A DNA stretch of 62,461 nt, the filler included. It is 8 parts of 8 records of this genome, joined end to end, with 100 filler letters (N's around TTAATTAATTAA, not from the genome) between each part and the next. Parts side by side here need not be neighbours in the genome. Positions count along the whole stretch, not along the records: positions 25,781 to 33,495 come from SRR31147125_64433; positions 33,596 to 49,399 come from SRR31147125_64481; 6 more parts are not named here. The stretch is one strand, 5' to 3'. Numbering within the stretch: the first letter of the stretch is position 1; every line of letters begins with the position of its first letter. Positions 31,548 to 42,934 of the stretch are shown here, piece after piece. The translations under genes and the position numbers were made by a program. A model generated the notes under the pieces. The model had not been told where the DNA came from. It did no database searches and saw only the letters and a list, made by a program, of their open reading frames with translations.

Positions 31548-33495
31548 CTATGTTTTTTCTGCATTATAGATGACAATCAGGGTTTTCCTGACCTGCTTTG
31601 CAACGGAATCCACAAGGGATCCAAAGAGAAACCGTTCCATTCTGCTGATCCGGGGGGCACCCATGACGATCAGGTCGGCATGCTCGGACGCCTCTTTGAT
31701 CATTTCCAATCGGGAGGCCGTGGGGATGGCATTGAGGGGGGCATAAAGCGTTGGGTCTTGTTCTTTGAGCCAGGCCGCCACCTCTTCTTTTTGTTTCAAA
31801 ACATCATCCATGCCTGCAGTGGAAGACATCATGTAAAGCAGCTCCAAGCGATGCTCGCCAACCGCATTCAATGCCGGGAGAACCGGATAGATGTTCATTA
31901 GATCTTCCATACCGGTAAGAGGAACCAGGATGCGTTCCGTATGCACTTCTCCCAGAAAGCGGATCACCGCCACCGGACAATGAACAGTGGCGGCAATGGT
32001 GTTCAATCGAATGCGAAAATCATTGACTCGGCCCTCGGCCGGATAGGCCAGCACCACCATCCGGGCGTCATTGTACTCCACGGCGGTAATCAGTCCATCG
32101 GTTAAATCCGAATCCGGCACCAGCTCCGTCGCCAGGGTATATCCCATGAGATGTACCTCTTCGTGTTCCTGTTGAAACAGATTTTTGGGCAGGGTTTCAC
32201 CCGGAGCCATGACTCTGACCGACATGGGCAGGGCCTGATAATGGTAAGCAAGGATGGTGGCTGTTCTGGCAAGTCCCCGGGCTGTGAGCGGATCTATGGC
32301 ATGGAAAACAATATAGCCCCGGGGATGTTTGGGAGAGCGTAGTTTCTGCCATGTCCACGGGACGAGTTGAAACGTGCTCTTATGAGAGGCGTTTTTTGAT
32401 GCGAACTGCTTTGAAGATGAAAGCGCCATACCAAAAGCGTGAAACGGGAGGGAGAAAGCGGATCTCGAAACGGTAGACTCTTGTGCTTTTGTCACAGCAA
32501 ACCGAGCGCTTACCGGACCGATCAGTTCAGAGAGAAAAACCCCGGCAAGCACCACCGGCGTGATGATGGATGTGTAGAGACTCAACGCCGGATCGGATGA
32601 GAGCAGAAAAATGAGTCCGATGGCGACCCCGGCCTGGGGGAGCAGTGCAAATCCGAGATAGTGCCGAACCGCCGGAGGTGAGTTGGCGAGCCGTGCACCC
32701 AGGGTAACGCCCACGATTTTTCCGAAAATGCGGGCCAGAAAATAGACGATTCCGATCATCCCGGCCGCTTTCATGGACGCCATATCGAGATGGGTGCCGG
32801 CCAGAGTGAAAAACAGGACGTAAATGGGCGGCTCAAACCGGTTGAGCGCCCTGAAAAGCCGAACGTCCCGCTCCACTTTGTTGATCAGGGTAAACCCGGC
32901 GGCCATACCTGCCAATAGCGGTGAAAAGTTCAGATAGAGCGCCCCTTCCCCGCATAAAAGCAGAATCGCAAGGCCGGCCGTAACGAGCTCCCCCGCTTCT
33001 TTCAGGATGCCCACCACAAAAAGCAGGATGATTCCGGTGAGAAATCCAAAGGCAAGGGAGCCTCCGATTTCCATCATCCCCACAAGAATGGAGTGGAAGA
33101 ATGAGGTATCGCTTTGACTCAGGAGTTGATGGGCGAAGCTCACGGCCAGCCCGAAAATCATGATGGCCAGACCGTCATCGATGGCCACAAGTGCCATCAG
33201 CGTTGAGGTGAGAGGGCCTCTGGCCTTCAGCTCTCGAATGACCATCAACGTTGCAGCCGGTGCCGTGGCAACACCGACTGCGCCGAGAAGCAGTGACAGG
33301 GCGATATAATCGCGCGTCTCCCAGCCAGCCACCTCGAATCCGACCAAACCAATGGTGCAGTAAACGGAAAGGCTTACCGCAACAAAAGCGCCCGTGGTCT
33401 CCAATACACCAATCCACATGAGGCTGCGGGTGTGGCTTTTCAACTTTTTCAGTTCAATGTGCTCTCCAATGCCGAAGGCGATCAGCATCAGGGCG
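31548..33495 (-). CDS. CPA2 cation:proton antiporter with C-terminal universal stress domains (5' truncated)
   Basis: ATAPAAT, AIDD, PQAGVAIG TM motifs; ADLIVMG...FLFGS USP motif. Confidence 0.85.
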
Positions 33496-33595
33496 NNNNN
33501 NNNNNNNNNNNNNNNNNNNNNNNNNNNNNNNNNNNNNNNTTAATTAATTAANNNNNNNNNNNNNNNNNNNNNNNNNNNNNNNNNNNNNNNNNNNN
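33496..33595. other. Artificial contig linker
   Basis: N run with TTAATTAATTAA. Confidence 0.99.
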
Positions 33596-33608
33596 TACAG
33601 CCATACTG

Positions 33609-34754
33609 ATGACGACCATTTATCTCATCCGGCACGCCGAGGCGGAGGGTAATCTCTACCGCCGCATACACGGCATTTATGACAGCCTGATTACAAAACG
33701 CGGATACAAACAAATTGCCGCACTGAAAAAACGCTTCGACACGATTAAAATAGACGCCGTGTACGCCAGCAATCTGCTCAGGACGATCAAGACAGCCGGC
33801 GCTATTTACTTAAGTCACAAGCTGCCGCTCATTGTGTCCCCAAGACTGCGCGAGGTTTGTATGGGCGTCTGGGAAGACCGGACATGGGGAGAAGTCGAAC
33901 GCTTTGAACCCGAGCAGCTGGAAAATTTCAATAACGCCCCGGCGCTTTGGAAGGTGGACGGCGGTGAGGATTATTTTGAGCTCCAGAATCGCGTAACACA
34001 AGCGGTGCTGGATATCGCAGCCAAGCACGACAGTGAGACGGTCGCCATCTTTTCCCACGGTCAGGCCACGCGGACGTTTTTGGCCGGCGCGCTCGGTATC
34101 ACGCCGGAAGAAATCGTGCGCATTAAGCACAGCGATAATACGGCTGTGGCGCTTTTACGCGTTGACAACGGAAAAATTGACGTGGACTGGTACGGGGATA
34201 ACTCGCATCTGACGGATGACATCAGTACGTTCGCGCATCAGAAATGGTGGCGTGAGAACACAACGTATGACTCGACGAATCTGCGTTTTACATCTTTTGA
34301 CTTCACAAGCGACGGCGAGCTGTATCTGGACTACCGCCGCGAGGCGCACGTCTCGGTTTACGGGGCGGAGTTGCCGGCGGACGAAAGCGTATTGGAAGGT
34401 GCACAGGCACATGCCCAGGCGCATCCGCGCGCCGTTTCACTGGCGCTGATTTATGACACGCCGGTGGGCGTAATTGAACTAAACACGCAAGAGGGTGAAG
34501 CTGAAAAGGTCGGTGTGATTGAATTCTTTTACATGATACAAAAGCACCGCCATATGGGCATCGCCGTGCAGCTTCTAGGCCAGGCTGTCTCCGTTTTCCG
34601 ATCACTTGGCCGTGAGAAGCTACGCATGACGGTCAGCGAAAAAAACGAACGGGCGCTGCGCTTTTGTGAAAAGTACGGATTTGAGCTGGCCGGCGTATTC
34701 GAAAACAGGTTTGGGAAACACTTGATACTGGAAATGAATATTGCCCTGCAATGA
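33609..34754 (+). CDS. Histidine phosphatase-GNAT fusion protein
   Basis: LIRHAE, SHG; C-terminal RHMGIA...N.RAL.FCEKYGF. Confidence 0.85.
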   Translation: MTTIYLIRHAEAEGNLYRRIHGIYDSLITKRGYKQIAALKKRFDTIKIDAVYASNLLRTIKTAGAIYLSHKLPLIVSPRLREVCMGVWEDRTWGEVERFEPEQLENFNNAPALWKVDGGEDYFELQNRVTQAVLDIAAKHDSETVAIFSHGQATRTFLAGALGITPEEIVRIKHSDNTAVALLRVDNGKIDVDWYGDNSHLTDDISTFAHQKWWRENTTYDSTNLRFTSFDFTSDGELYLDYRREAHVSVYGAELPADESVLEGAQAHAQAHPRAVSLALIYDTPVGVIELNTQEGEAEKVGVIEFFYMIQKHRHMGIAVQLLGQAVSVFRSLGREKLRMTVSEKNERALRFCEKYGFELAGVFENRFGKHLILEMNIALQ

Positions 34755-34771
34755 GGGTGTGGCTAGGATGA

Positions 34772-34845
34772 GTAGGGGCGGATTCCATATCCGCCCATTA
34801 CCAAAAATTGCGGACGTGCAGGGCGGATATGAAATCCGCCCCTAC
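34772..34845. repeat. GTAG-type REP pair in inverted orientation (REPIN)
   Basis: gtaggggcggattccatatccgccc ... gggcggatatgaaatccgcccctac. Confidence 0.7.
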
Positions 34846-34946
34846 GAATAGCGGATTATCATTAATTATCATCGGATTATCACATTAATGTTTTGATTCT
34901 CACTGGATTATTACAAATTATCAAAAACCGGATTGTTGAGGTTTAA

Positions 34947-36839
34947 ATGACGTCAAGCGAATTTTTGCCGGTTTCCCGGGCCGATATGCTCGCCCGGGAC
35001 TGGTATTATTATGACTTTCTTCTTATCACGGGTGACGCGTACATCGATCATCCGAGCTTCGGCACGGCCGTCATCGGCCGAGTCTTGGAGGCCGACGGCT
35101 TTCGCGTGGCCGTTTTAGCGCAGCCGGACTGGAAGAGTACCGATGATTTTCTGGCCATGGGCCGTCCGCGATACGGCGCGCTCGTCGGGGCGGGAAACCT
35201 CGATTCAATGGTCGCGCATTATACGGCTGCAAAAAAGCCGCGCCATGACGACGCGTATTCGCCCGGCCGCAAGGCTGGACGCCGTCCGGACCGGGCAACG
35301 ATTGTCTATTCTAACCGTGTACGCGAAGCGTTTCCGGGGCTGCCGGTCATTATCGGCGGGCTGGAAGCGTCACTGCGGCGGTTTGCCCATTACGACTACT
35401 GGGAGGACAAGGTCCGTCGGGCGATTTTGTTGGACGCCGGGGCGGACCTTCTTGTTTACGGGATGGGGGAGTCCGCCACCCGCGAAATCGCCGCACGCTT
35501 AAAGCGAGGAGACGCTGTCGAGACGATAAACGATATCAGAGGCACGGCTTATATTTCATCAGAGCAATCCATCGGCCCGGCTGACGCTGTCGAATGTGCA
35601 TCCTATGAGGCGGTATCATCGGACAAGCGGCGTTATGCCGAGGCGGCGATGATCCAGTATGACGAGCACGACCCCGTGCGCGGACGCACCGTTATCCAGC
35701 GCTGCGCCGGACGGCTTTTAGTGGTTAATCCGCCGCAGCTGCCGCTGACCACGAAGGAATTCGATCGCATAAGCGAGCTGCCGTATACCCGCGAGGTCCA
35801 CCCAATGTACGACAAGGACGGCGGCGTGCCGGCCATTGAGGAGGTGCGCTTTTCGGTTATTCACAACAGGGGATGCTTCGGCGCGTGTTCCTTCTGTTCG
35901 CTGGCGTTTCACCAAGGGCGTATGGTCACCGCCCGCAGCCATGAATCCATCCTGCGCGAGGTCGAAGGATTTGTAACGCATCCGGAATTCAAGGGGTACG
36001 TTCACGACGTCGGTGGTCCGACGGCCAATTTCCGGCGTCCGTCGTGTAAGCAGCAACTGAAAAACGGATTGTGCCGCGATAAAACGTGTCTCGGTCCGTC
36101 GCCGTGCAAGAATGTGGACGCTGACCATTCAGACTATTTGAAGCTGCTCCGGAAGATTGAAAGCATACCCGGTGTTAAAAAGGTCTTTATCCGCTCCGGC
36201 ATCCGGTTTGATTACCTGCTGGCCGATAAAAACGGTGAGTTTTTTGCCGAGCTCGTTAAAAATCACGTCTCCGGCCAGCTCAAGGTCGCCCCGGAGCACT
36301 GTGTGGACAGCGTGCTGGAATACATGGGAAAGCCGCGACACAGCGTTTATGAGCGGTTTGAGGAGAAATACAAGCGGCTCAACGAGCGATACGGCAAAAA
36401 GCAGTTCCTCGTGCCGTATTTTATCTCGTCACATCCCGGCTCGACGCTTCTAAATGCCGTGGAACTGGCGGAATACCTCAATAGGCGCGGCGTCCAGCCG
36501 GAACAGGTGCAGGACTTTTATCCCACGCCGGGGACGCTGGCGACCTGCATGTATTATACGGAACTGGATCCACGCACCATGAAGCCCGTCTATGTGCCGA
36601 AAACGCCGCATGAGAAAGCATTGCAGCGCGCGCTGCTGCAGTGGAAGCGGCCTCAAAATAAAAGACTCGTGCTGGAAGCGCTGAAAAAAGCCGGCAGGGA
36701 AGACCTCATCGGTTTTAGCAAGCACTGCCTTGTCCGTCCAATGCGGACCGATGGAAGGCAGACAGCAAAACAGCCGGCAAAGCAGACGCCAGGAAATACC
36801 ACAAAAAAATCGTCCAACAGAAAGCTGCGAAAAAAATAA
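34947..36839 (+). CDS. YgiQ/UPF0313-family radical SAM protein
   Basis: TGDAYIDHPSFG, RGCFGACSFC, HVSGQLKVAPEH, QVQDFYPTP. Confidence 0.93.
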   Translation: MTSSEFLPVSRADMLARDWYYYDFLLITGDAYIDHPSFGTAVIGRVLEADGFRVAVLAQPDWKSTDDFLAMGRPRYGALVGAGNLDSMVAHYTAAKKPRHDDAYSPGRKAGRRPDRATIVYSNRVREAFPGLPVIIGGLEASLRRFAHYDYWEDKVRRAILLDAGADLLVYGMGESATREIAARLKRGDAVETINDIRGTAYISSEQSIGPADAVECASYEAVSSDKRRYAEAAMIQYDEHDPVRGRTVIQRCAGRLLVVNPPQLPLTTKEFDRISELPYTREVHPMYDKDGGVPAIEEVRFSVIHNRGCFGACSFCSLAFHQGRMVTARSHESILREVEGFVTHPEFKGYVHDVGGPTANFRRPSCKQQLKNGLCRDKTCLGPSPCKNVDADHSDYLKLLRKIESIPGVKKVFIRSGIRFDYLLADKNGEFFAELVKNHVSGQLKVAPEHCVDSVLEYMGKPRHSVYERFEEKYKRLNERYGKKQFLVPYFISSHPGSTLLNAVELAEYLNRRGVQPEQVQDFYPTPGTLATCMYYTELDPRTMKPVYVPKTPHEKALQRALLQWKRPQNKRLVLEALKKAGREDLIGFSKHCLVRPMRTDGRQTAKQPAKQTPGNTTKKSSNRKLRKK

Positions 36840-36867
36840 GACCACTCAAATCGTACAAACAAAAAGT

Positions 36868-36911
36868 AAAAAGCACCGCCGGACGCAGTCAGCGTCCGGC
36901 GGTGCTTTTTT
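36868..36911 (+). terminator. Intrinsic terminator
   Basis: gcaccgccggacgc-agtca-gcgtccggcggtgc followed by T6. Confidence 0.85.
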
Positions 36912-37132
36912 ACGGCTTTAATTTCATTGCATTAGTGATTAGTTTCTTATTCTTCATTCTGTCTTTGTTTACAGATTCATAAAAAATATTTCAGCCTGTT
37001 TTCAGCAGGTGTTTTTATACTTTGAACAGACGGAAATGTTAAACGGCTGTATGAATAATGTTAACGAAAGGTAAAGTGAGAATCATTCCCGGCCGGTCCG
37101 TCAAAACGAACGAACAATCGGAGGTGACCGAA

Positions 37133-37966
37133 ATGGGCGCGATTCAACACGTCTTCAACCGCCGTGAGATGAAATATCTCATCGACGCCGGTCAATTTAA
37201 GGCTTTGACGGAATTTCTTCAGGAATACGCACGGGAAGACGAATACGGACGTTACACGGTCGGCAATACGTATTTTGACACGCCGGAAAGTGAGCTGATC
37301 CGTCGCTCACTGGAAAAACCGGTGTATAAGGAAAAGCTTCGCACACGCTGCTACACGGTGCCGGACGGAGATACAAAGGTTTTTGTTGAGCTCAAGAAAA
37401 AATATAAAGGCGTTGTCTTTAAGCGGCGCGCCGTCATGACGATGGATGAGGCACGGTCATACTTGCTGGACGGACGGCGTCCGGACTCATCGGACCAGAT
37501 ACTAAGTGAGATAAACTGGTTTTTAAATATGTATCATCCGTCGCCGAAAATGTATGTGGCCTACGATCGGCTGGCCATGACAGGTTTAGACGACCCGGCG
37601 CTGCGCATCACGTTTGACGGCAATATACGCTGGCGAACGCATGAAACAGACCTTTCAAACGGCACATGGGGCAAGCAGCTTCTGCCGGACGGTTTTTATG
37701 TTTTGGAGATTAAAACAAGCGGCGCGGTTCCGGTCTGGCTGGCCGACGAGCTGTCATGGCTGGGAATTTACAAAACGTCGTTTTCAAAATACGGACGGTG
37801 CTTTATAGAAGAGATGGCAAAAAACGCGCCGAATAATCCAGACTGCCAATGTGATAAAATCATCGATATCAGCGGCGTACGCGATGGCGATATGTTTGAA
37901 AAAGACGACGATTATTGGAGGAGTGAAATCGATGCTCGACAGTATTTTGCAGCTAATGGGCGATAA
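37133..37966 (+). CDS. VTC/polyphosphate polymerase domain protein
   Basis: R.E.KY, YFDT, KEKLR.R.Y, FVELKKK, LRITFD, LEIK, FSKY. Confidence 0.88.
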   Translation: MGAIQHVFNRREMKYLIDAGQFKALTEFLQEYAREDEYGRYTVGNTYFDTPESELIRRSLEKPVYKEKLRTRCYTVPDGDTKVFVELKKKYKGVVFKRRAVMTMDEARSYLLDGRRPDSSDQILSEINWFLNMYHPSPKMYVAYDRLAMTGLDDPALRITFDGNIRWRTHETDLSNGTWGKQLLPDGFYVLEIKTSGAVPVWLADELSWLGIYKTSFSKYGRCFIEEMAKNAPNNPDCQCDKIIDISGVRDGDMFEKDDDYWRSEIDARQYFAANGR

Positions 37967-38612
37967 GGCGTCCATATCGCTGAGTGAATTTTTAATTTGT
38001 ACGGTGGCGTCTCTGGTCTTTGGTTTTGTTATCTCGCTGGTCTATATGTACAGGAACTCCTATTCAAAAAGCATTGCACTCTCGCTCGTCCTGCTGCCGT
38101 CCATCGTACAGCTCGTCATTATGATGATCAACGGCAATATCGGCGTCGGCATCGCCGTAGCCGGTGCGTTTTCTCTTATTCGCTTCCGGTCGGTGCCCGG
38201 CAGCGCGCGGGATATCAGCAGTATCTTTATCGCAATGGCGGTGGGGCTGGCAACGGCTTCAGGCTATCTGCTGTTGGCGGCGGCGTTTATGGCGGTGGTT
38301 TCAGCTGTCGGCGTGCTGCTGGTCCGGTTTAAATACGCCGACTATAAAAAGGGACTGCAGGAGCTGAAGATTACAATCCCTGAAAGTCTTGATTATACAG
38401 GCGTTTTCGATGATCTGTTTGACAAATACTTGTCAAGCGCCGAACTCACACGCGTTAAAACGACCGATATGGGCAGCCTGTACCAGCTGCACTACCGGAT
38501 CACGATGAAAGATATCGGCCAGCAGAAGCCGTTCATGGATGAGCTGCGCTGCCGGAACGGAAATCTGACAATTATCTGCGGAAGGCCGACGGCTGAACGC
38601 GACGAATTATAA
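37932..38612 (+). CDS. DUF4956 membrane protein
   Basis: NGNIG.GIAVAGAFSLIRFRS...DELRCRNGNL. Confidence 0.88.
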   Translation: MLDSILQLMGDKASISLSEFLICTVASLVFGFVISLVYMYRNSYSKSIALSLVLLPSIVQLVIMMINGNIGVGIAVAGAFSLIRFRSVPGSARDISSIFIAMAVGLATASGYLLLAAAFMAVVSAVGVLLVRFKYADYKKGLQELKITIPESLDYTGVFDDLFDKYLSSAELTRVKTTDMGSLYQLHYRITMKDIGQQKPFMDELRCRNGNLTIICGRPTAERDEL

Positions 38613-38614
38613 GG

Positions 38615-40480
38615 ATGGATACGATGTATAAATACTTAAAACGAACCATGATTGTACTGGCCTCGTTGGCGCTTTTGTTATCATTGGCCGCCTGCGGCGG
38701 AGCGGTCTCAGATTCAGATGGCGACACGCAGACCAGTGATACCAATACGGCCCAAACGAATGTTGCCGCCGACAGCGCGGCTAATGAAATTATTATGGAA
38801 GTTCCCGCCGCCAACTATGACGACGAGGACCTTGACGCAAGCTGGGACGCCGGCAATGCCGTCTCGGTTCAGCTGAACGAAACGTATGAGATTACGACGG
38901 AAGGCGTCTATGTGTTATCGGGTACAATTGACAACGGCCAGATCATTGTAGATGCCGGAGACGACGATACAGTTCGATTAGTACTGGACGGCGTGAGCAT
39001 CACGTGCGGCGACGGACCGGCTGTCACAGTCGTAAACGCGGACAAGGTAATCCTGACGCTGGCAGACGGTACGGTGAATACGCTGACGGACGGCTCGTCT
39101 TATACGGAAACAGGCGATGACGCGCCGGACGGCGCTTTATACAGTACAGCTGACCTGACGATTAACGGCAACGGAACGCTGGACGTTACGGCAAATTTTC
39201 TGGACGGCATCGTTACCAAGGATGACTTGATTATCACAGGCGGAAATATATCGGTGACAGCTGCGGACGACGCCTTACGCGGTACGGACAGCGTCGCGGT
39301 TTGCGGCGGCACAATAGAATTAACGGCAGGCGGCGACGGCCTCAAGTCTACAAAGGACGACGACGCCGAAAAGGGCTGGGTCGAGCTGGACGGCGGAGAA
39401 ATTACGATCAGCGCCGCGACGGACGGCATCGAGGCGGCAACTGTAGCCACGGTTACGGACGGGACGGTAACGATTGCCGCCGGCGACGACGGCATACATG
39501 CCGACAGCGCGCTTTATGTAACCGGCGGAACCATTGACGTCACGGAAAGCTATGAAGGCCTCAAAGCCGCCGTGATTGAAATTGCCGGCGGAAACATCCG
39601 GGTTGTTTCCTCAGACGACGGATTTAACGCGTCTGACGGCAGCGGCAGCACGATGGGCGGCGGACCGATGGGCGGCAACCGGACCGATAATCAAATAGAT
39701 GGCAGCTGGGGAAATAATCAATCTGGCGACGGGCAGACAGAGGGTCAGACGGCGGATCAGACTGCCGTACAGACCGTTACCGGCACAACGGGAAGCACGC
39801 TGACTATTGTTATCAGCGGCGGCACGATCTATATCGATGCCGGCGGTGACGGTGTCGATTCCAACGGCAGCCTGACTATCACAGGCGGCACACTTCTTGT
39901 GAACGGCCCGACGAACAGCGCCAACGGCGCACTGGACCATCAAAGCGGCAATATCAGCGTTTTAGGCGGTATTGTGGCTGCGGCCGGCGCTTCGGGCATG
40001 GCCGAGACCTTTGACAGCGCGTCGGAGCAGCCAAGCCTATTGGTTAATTTCGATAATACGCTGGAAGCGGGTACGGCCGTTACCCTGTGCGATGCCGACG
40101 GAAATGTCGTCATCTCGTTTACACCGGCCAAATCGTTCGGCAGTATCGTGTTCAGTTCTCCGGAACTGATACAGGGTGAGACGTACACAATCTATACGGG
40201 CGGTACGCTCTCGGGCGACGCCACAAATACCCTTTACGGTACGGGCGCTGCTTTGACAGGCGGCACGACGTACGACAGCGTAACGCTGACGGATATCTCA
40301 ACAACAGTCGGCAGCGGCGGCATGGGCGGCTTTAATCAAGGCGGAATGAATCATGGCGGCTTCAACCAGGACACAACGGGACAGGATGGCTTTAACCCGG
40401 GCGGTATGAAGCCCGGCAATATGAATCCCGGTTCGGATAACACGTTGACGGACAGCTCCGGCGATACCCAATCAGCATAA
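38615..40480 (+). CDS. Cthe_2159-like carbohydrate-binding beta-helix lipoprotein
   Basis: Lipobox LAAC; GGxIxI..DDG repeats, GDGVDSNG; Gly/Met-rich tail. Confidence 0.85.
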   Translation: MDTMYKYLKRTMIVLASLALLLSLAACGGAVSDSDGDTQTSDTNTAQTNVAADSAANEIIMEVPAANYDDEDLDASWDAGNAVSVQLNETYEITTEGVYVLSGTIDNGQIIVDAGDDDTVRLVLDGVSITCGDGPAVTVVNADKVILTLADGTVNTLTDGSSYTETGDDAPDGALYSTADLTINGNGTLDVTANFLDGIVTKDDLIITGGNISVTAADDALRGTDSVAVCGGTIELTAGGDGLKSTKDDDAEKGWVELDGGEITISAATDGIEAATVATVTDGTVTIAAGDDGIHADSALYVTGGTIDVTESYEGLKAAVIEIAGGNIRVVSSDDGFNASDGSGSTMGGGPMGGNRTDNQIDGSWGNNQSGDGQTEGQTADQTAVQTVTGTTGSTLTIVISGGTIYIDAGGDGVDSNGSLTITGGTLLVNGPTNSANGALDHQSGNISVLGGIVAAAGASGMAETFDSASEQPSLLVNFDNTLEAGTAVTLCDADGNVVISFTPAKSFGSIVFSSPELIQGETYTIYTGGTLSGDATNTLYGTGAALTGGTTYDSVTLTDISTTVGSGGMGGFNQGGMNHGGFNQDTTGQDGFNPGGMKPGNMNPGSDNTLTDSSGDTQSA

Positions 40481-40516
40481 AAGCAAAAGCGGCGCGAATG
40501 CGCCGCTTTTGCTTTT
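40479..40516. terminator. Bidirectional intrinsic terminator
   Basis: aaaagcaaaagcggcgc-gaat-gcgccgcttttgctttt between convergent genes. Confidence 0.85.
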
Positions 40517-40527
40517 CAAGAGGGAAT

Positions 40528-41556
40528 CTATGAAATCGCGTTGTAGAGCGACTTCCGATAGTAAAAGGCTTCCGTCGTCTTCATGAACATATGGACGTTG
40601 TCCAGGTCGACGTCGGGCGACAGGTCGCAGCCGGAGGAGATCACAAAATTGTTGTATTTACCGCACGTGTTTAAAAGCTTCAGCGTTTCAAGACGGACAT
40701 GCTCGGTGGAATTACCGTTAAAAACGTTGGCCGGGCTGATGTTACCCATGACGAGATAGTTGCGCGGAACCTTTTCAAGCATCGCGAGCATATCAACGCT
40801 GTTTCCGAAGTGGAACCCATAGCAGCCCGTGTCCACGATGGAATCGAGCAGGTGCGGAACGGCGTTGCCGCAGTTGTGATATATAAAGATAAAATTCTTG
40901 TCTTGAAGCGTATGGACAATTTCACGGACATAGTCACTGGAGAACTCGTCCACCAGCTGGGGAGATAAAAGACCCGCCAGCGGTTCGGACATTATGATAC
41001 CGTCCGCGCCGATTTTTTGCAGAGCGGCTGCGTAATCCATAATGAACGCCGTCGCCTTCTTAAGGATTGTATGGACCAGCTCCGGTTCTTCATAGCACTG
41101 CAGCATAATGTCATTGACGTTCATTAAGCGTCCGGCCAGCGAGAACGGGCCGATGCACTGGGCGATAACAGGCCGGTCTGTGATGAGCTTTTGTGCTTTG
41201 TGAATGGATTCTACGACCTCGCCGGTGCGTCCGTCGCCGACTTTGGGGATCTGGAGGGCCTCAGCGTCTTCCTCATTAGCCACGAGCTTACCAATGATTG
41301 TCGGGACCTCATCGGCCTTGTATACCGTATGCGCGCCAAACGCTTCCGCTTCGACGGACAGATCCATGTACGCCAGCGCGGCCGGCATGTCGAAGTGATC
41401 GGCAATCAGCCGCATACCGACGGATTGATGGTTGCTGTCAGCAACGAGCTCCCTGACGGTGAGATACAGGTACTGCACGGCGGGGAACGTCAGTATGGGA
41501 AGCGCTTTTTTGCGCTCCGTATAGATGATCTGTTCGATCCAGTTATACATATTCAT
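40528..41556 (-). CDS. Uroporphyrinogen decarboxylase family protein (MtaA/CmuA-like methyltransferase)
   Basis: DLSVEAEAFG, GPFSLA, HNCG, SSGCD. Confidence 0.85.
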   Translation of the reverse strand: MNMYNWIEQIIYTERKKALPILTFPAVQYLYLTVRELVADSNHQSVGMRLIADHFDMPAALAYMDLSVEAEAFGAHTVYKADEVPTIIGKLVANEEDAEALQIPKVGDGRTGEVVESIHKAQKLITDRPVIAQCIGPFSLAGRLMNVNDIMLQCYEEPELVHTILKKATAFIMDYAAALQKIGADGIIMSEPLAGLLSPQLVDEFSSDYVREIVHTLQDKNFIFIYHNCGNAVPHLLDSIVDTGCYGFHFGNSVDMLAMLEKVPRNYLVMGNISPANVFNGNSTEHVRLETLKLLNTCGKYNNFVISSGCDLSPDVDLDNVHMFMKTTEAFYYRKSLYNAIS

Positions 41557-41732
41557 ACGTATACCTCCCAATGATAAATCGATAAATAAGTATCGATAAA
41601 CTAGAACTGATACCATTATCAGCCATTGTCGCTTCTGTGTAAATAGATTTAGTAGATTATAGTTATATAATACAAATTAATAGGTAAATATCAATAAAAC
41701 ACTACCTAATAAATATTACATTATGTATAAGA

Positions 41733-41758
41733 AGGGACTTGCTTAATAGCAAGTCCCT
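41733..41758 (-). terminator. Probable terminator hairpin
   Basis: agggacttgct-taat-agcaagtccct downstream of the 41798-42934 gene. Confidence 0.5.
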
Positions 41759-41797
41759 CAAAACTCATGTAATACTGCAATTATGACAAGCAGCTCA

Positions 41798-42934
41798 TTA
41801 ATCAGGCGTCGAAATTAATACTTTGTTTCTCTCGTTATCGTAAAATTCCCGGCTGTAGGCATAAATTTCTGTGACCATGTTCCAGGCTTTTTCGGGGTCG
41901 AATTCAAAGATGTTTATGTAGGATCCGCCGCCCTGGCCGTATAGGTCTACTGTTTTTCGCAGCTTTTCGTCAAGGTCTTCCTTCGAGTAGGTGTGGCCGA
42001 ACATGAAATCTTCGATAAAAACATTAAAGCCAATTTTGTCTTGATACTTCTTTTTTAAGGACGGCAGGTCGTTGGCGCGGCGCTGGAGCTGCAGAAAGTC
42101 CATGTTAAGCTCAATCATGTAGGGGATAAAACGCTCTACATTGCCGCAGCAGTGAAATTCAAACAGGACGTTTTTGGACTTGATGTGGTCGAGGATGCGT
42201 TTCGTTGGCTCGAAAACGATCTCCTCCATCATTTTTTCGCTGAAGAACGTATCGCGTTCCGTGCCCCAGTCGTCATGATAGGTCACCATGTCGACGGGGT
42301 ACAGGCTGCAGATGAGGTCGAAATACTGAATGGTGAAATCGGCGAAGCGGTTGAGAAAATCGCGGACAGCCTCCGGCTCGACGGCAAGCGCCAGCATGCC
42401 CTCCGTATAACCGCCGACGATGGAAATAAGCCGTTCCGTCGCGCCCTGTCCGATATTGATATGCATAAGCTTTGTGGGGTCGTATACGTTTTTCATAAAA
42501 GAATCGGCCACCGTCGTGAAATCCCATTCGCTCAGGTCGGGGAAGACGACGTCCCGCTCCCATTTCGTGATATCCTCGCACAGGCATGTCCCGGGGGTTA
42601 ACATCGGGCCGCCGGCGGACACAACCCATGTCCAGTTAGTGTTAAACCAGTCGTTAAAGGTGTAGCGCTCCGTGACAATACGCGATATGTCCGCGCTGGA
42701 CTGCATCCCGCGCACGTTGCCGGTAACGAGGTCCTGTGCCATGAGCATCTGATCGTCAATCAGGGAAATGGGCATCCAGTATGGTGTTTTGCGGGCGGCT
42801 GCCAGGAGGAAATTTTCTTTGGGCGTAACGGGATAATCAAATTTGGGAAACGCCAGCTCCGGTCCGGGACGAAGGGATTTTCTGCGCACGGTTTCAACGC
42901 CTGAAGCTCCATACGGCGGTCGTTCGTATTTCAT
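41798..42934 (-). CDS. Uroporphyrinogen decarboxylase family protein (O-demethylase methyltransferase-like)
   Basis: HDDWGT..., FHCCG motifs. Confidence 0.75.
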   Translation of the reverse strand: MKYERPPYGASGVETVRRKSLRPGPELAFPKFDYPVTPKENFLLAAARKTPYWMPISLIDDQMLMAQDLVTGNVRGMQSSADISRIVTERYTFNDWFNTNWTWVVSAGGPMLTPGTCLCEDITKWERDVVFPDLSEWDFTTVADSFMKNVYDPTKLMHINIGQGATERLISIVGGYTEGMLALAVEPEAVRDFLNRFADFTIQYFDLICSLYPVDMVTYHDDWGTERDTFFSEKMMEEIVFEPTKRILDHIKSKNVLFEFHCCGNVERFIPYMIELNMDFLQLQRRANDLPSLKKKYQDKIGFNVFIEDFMFGHTYSKEDLDEKLRKTVDLYGQGGGSYINIFEFDPEKAWNMVTEIYAYSREFYDNERNKVLISTPD

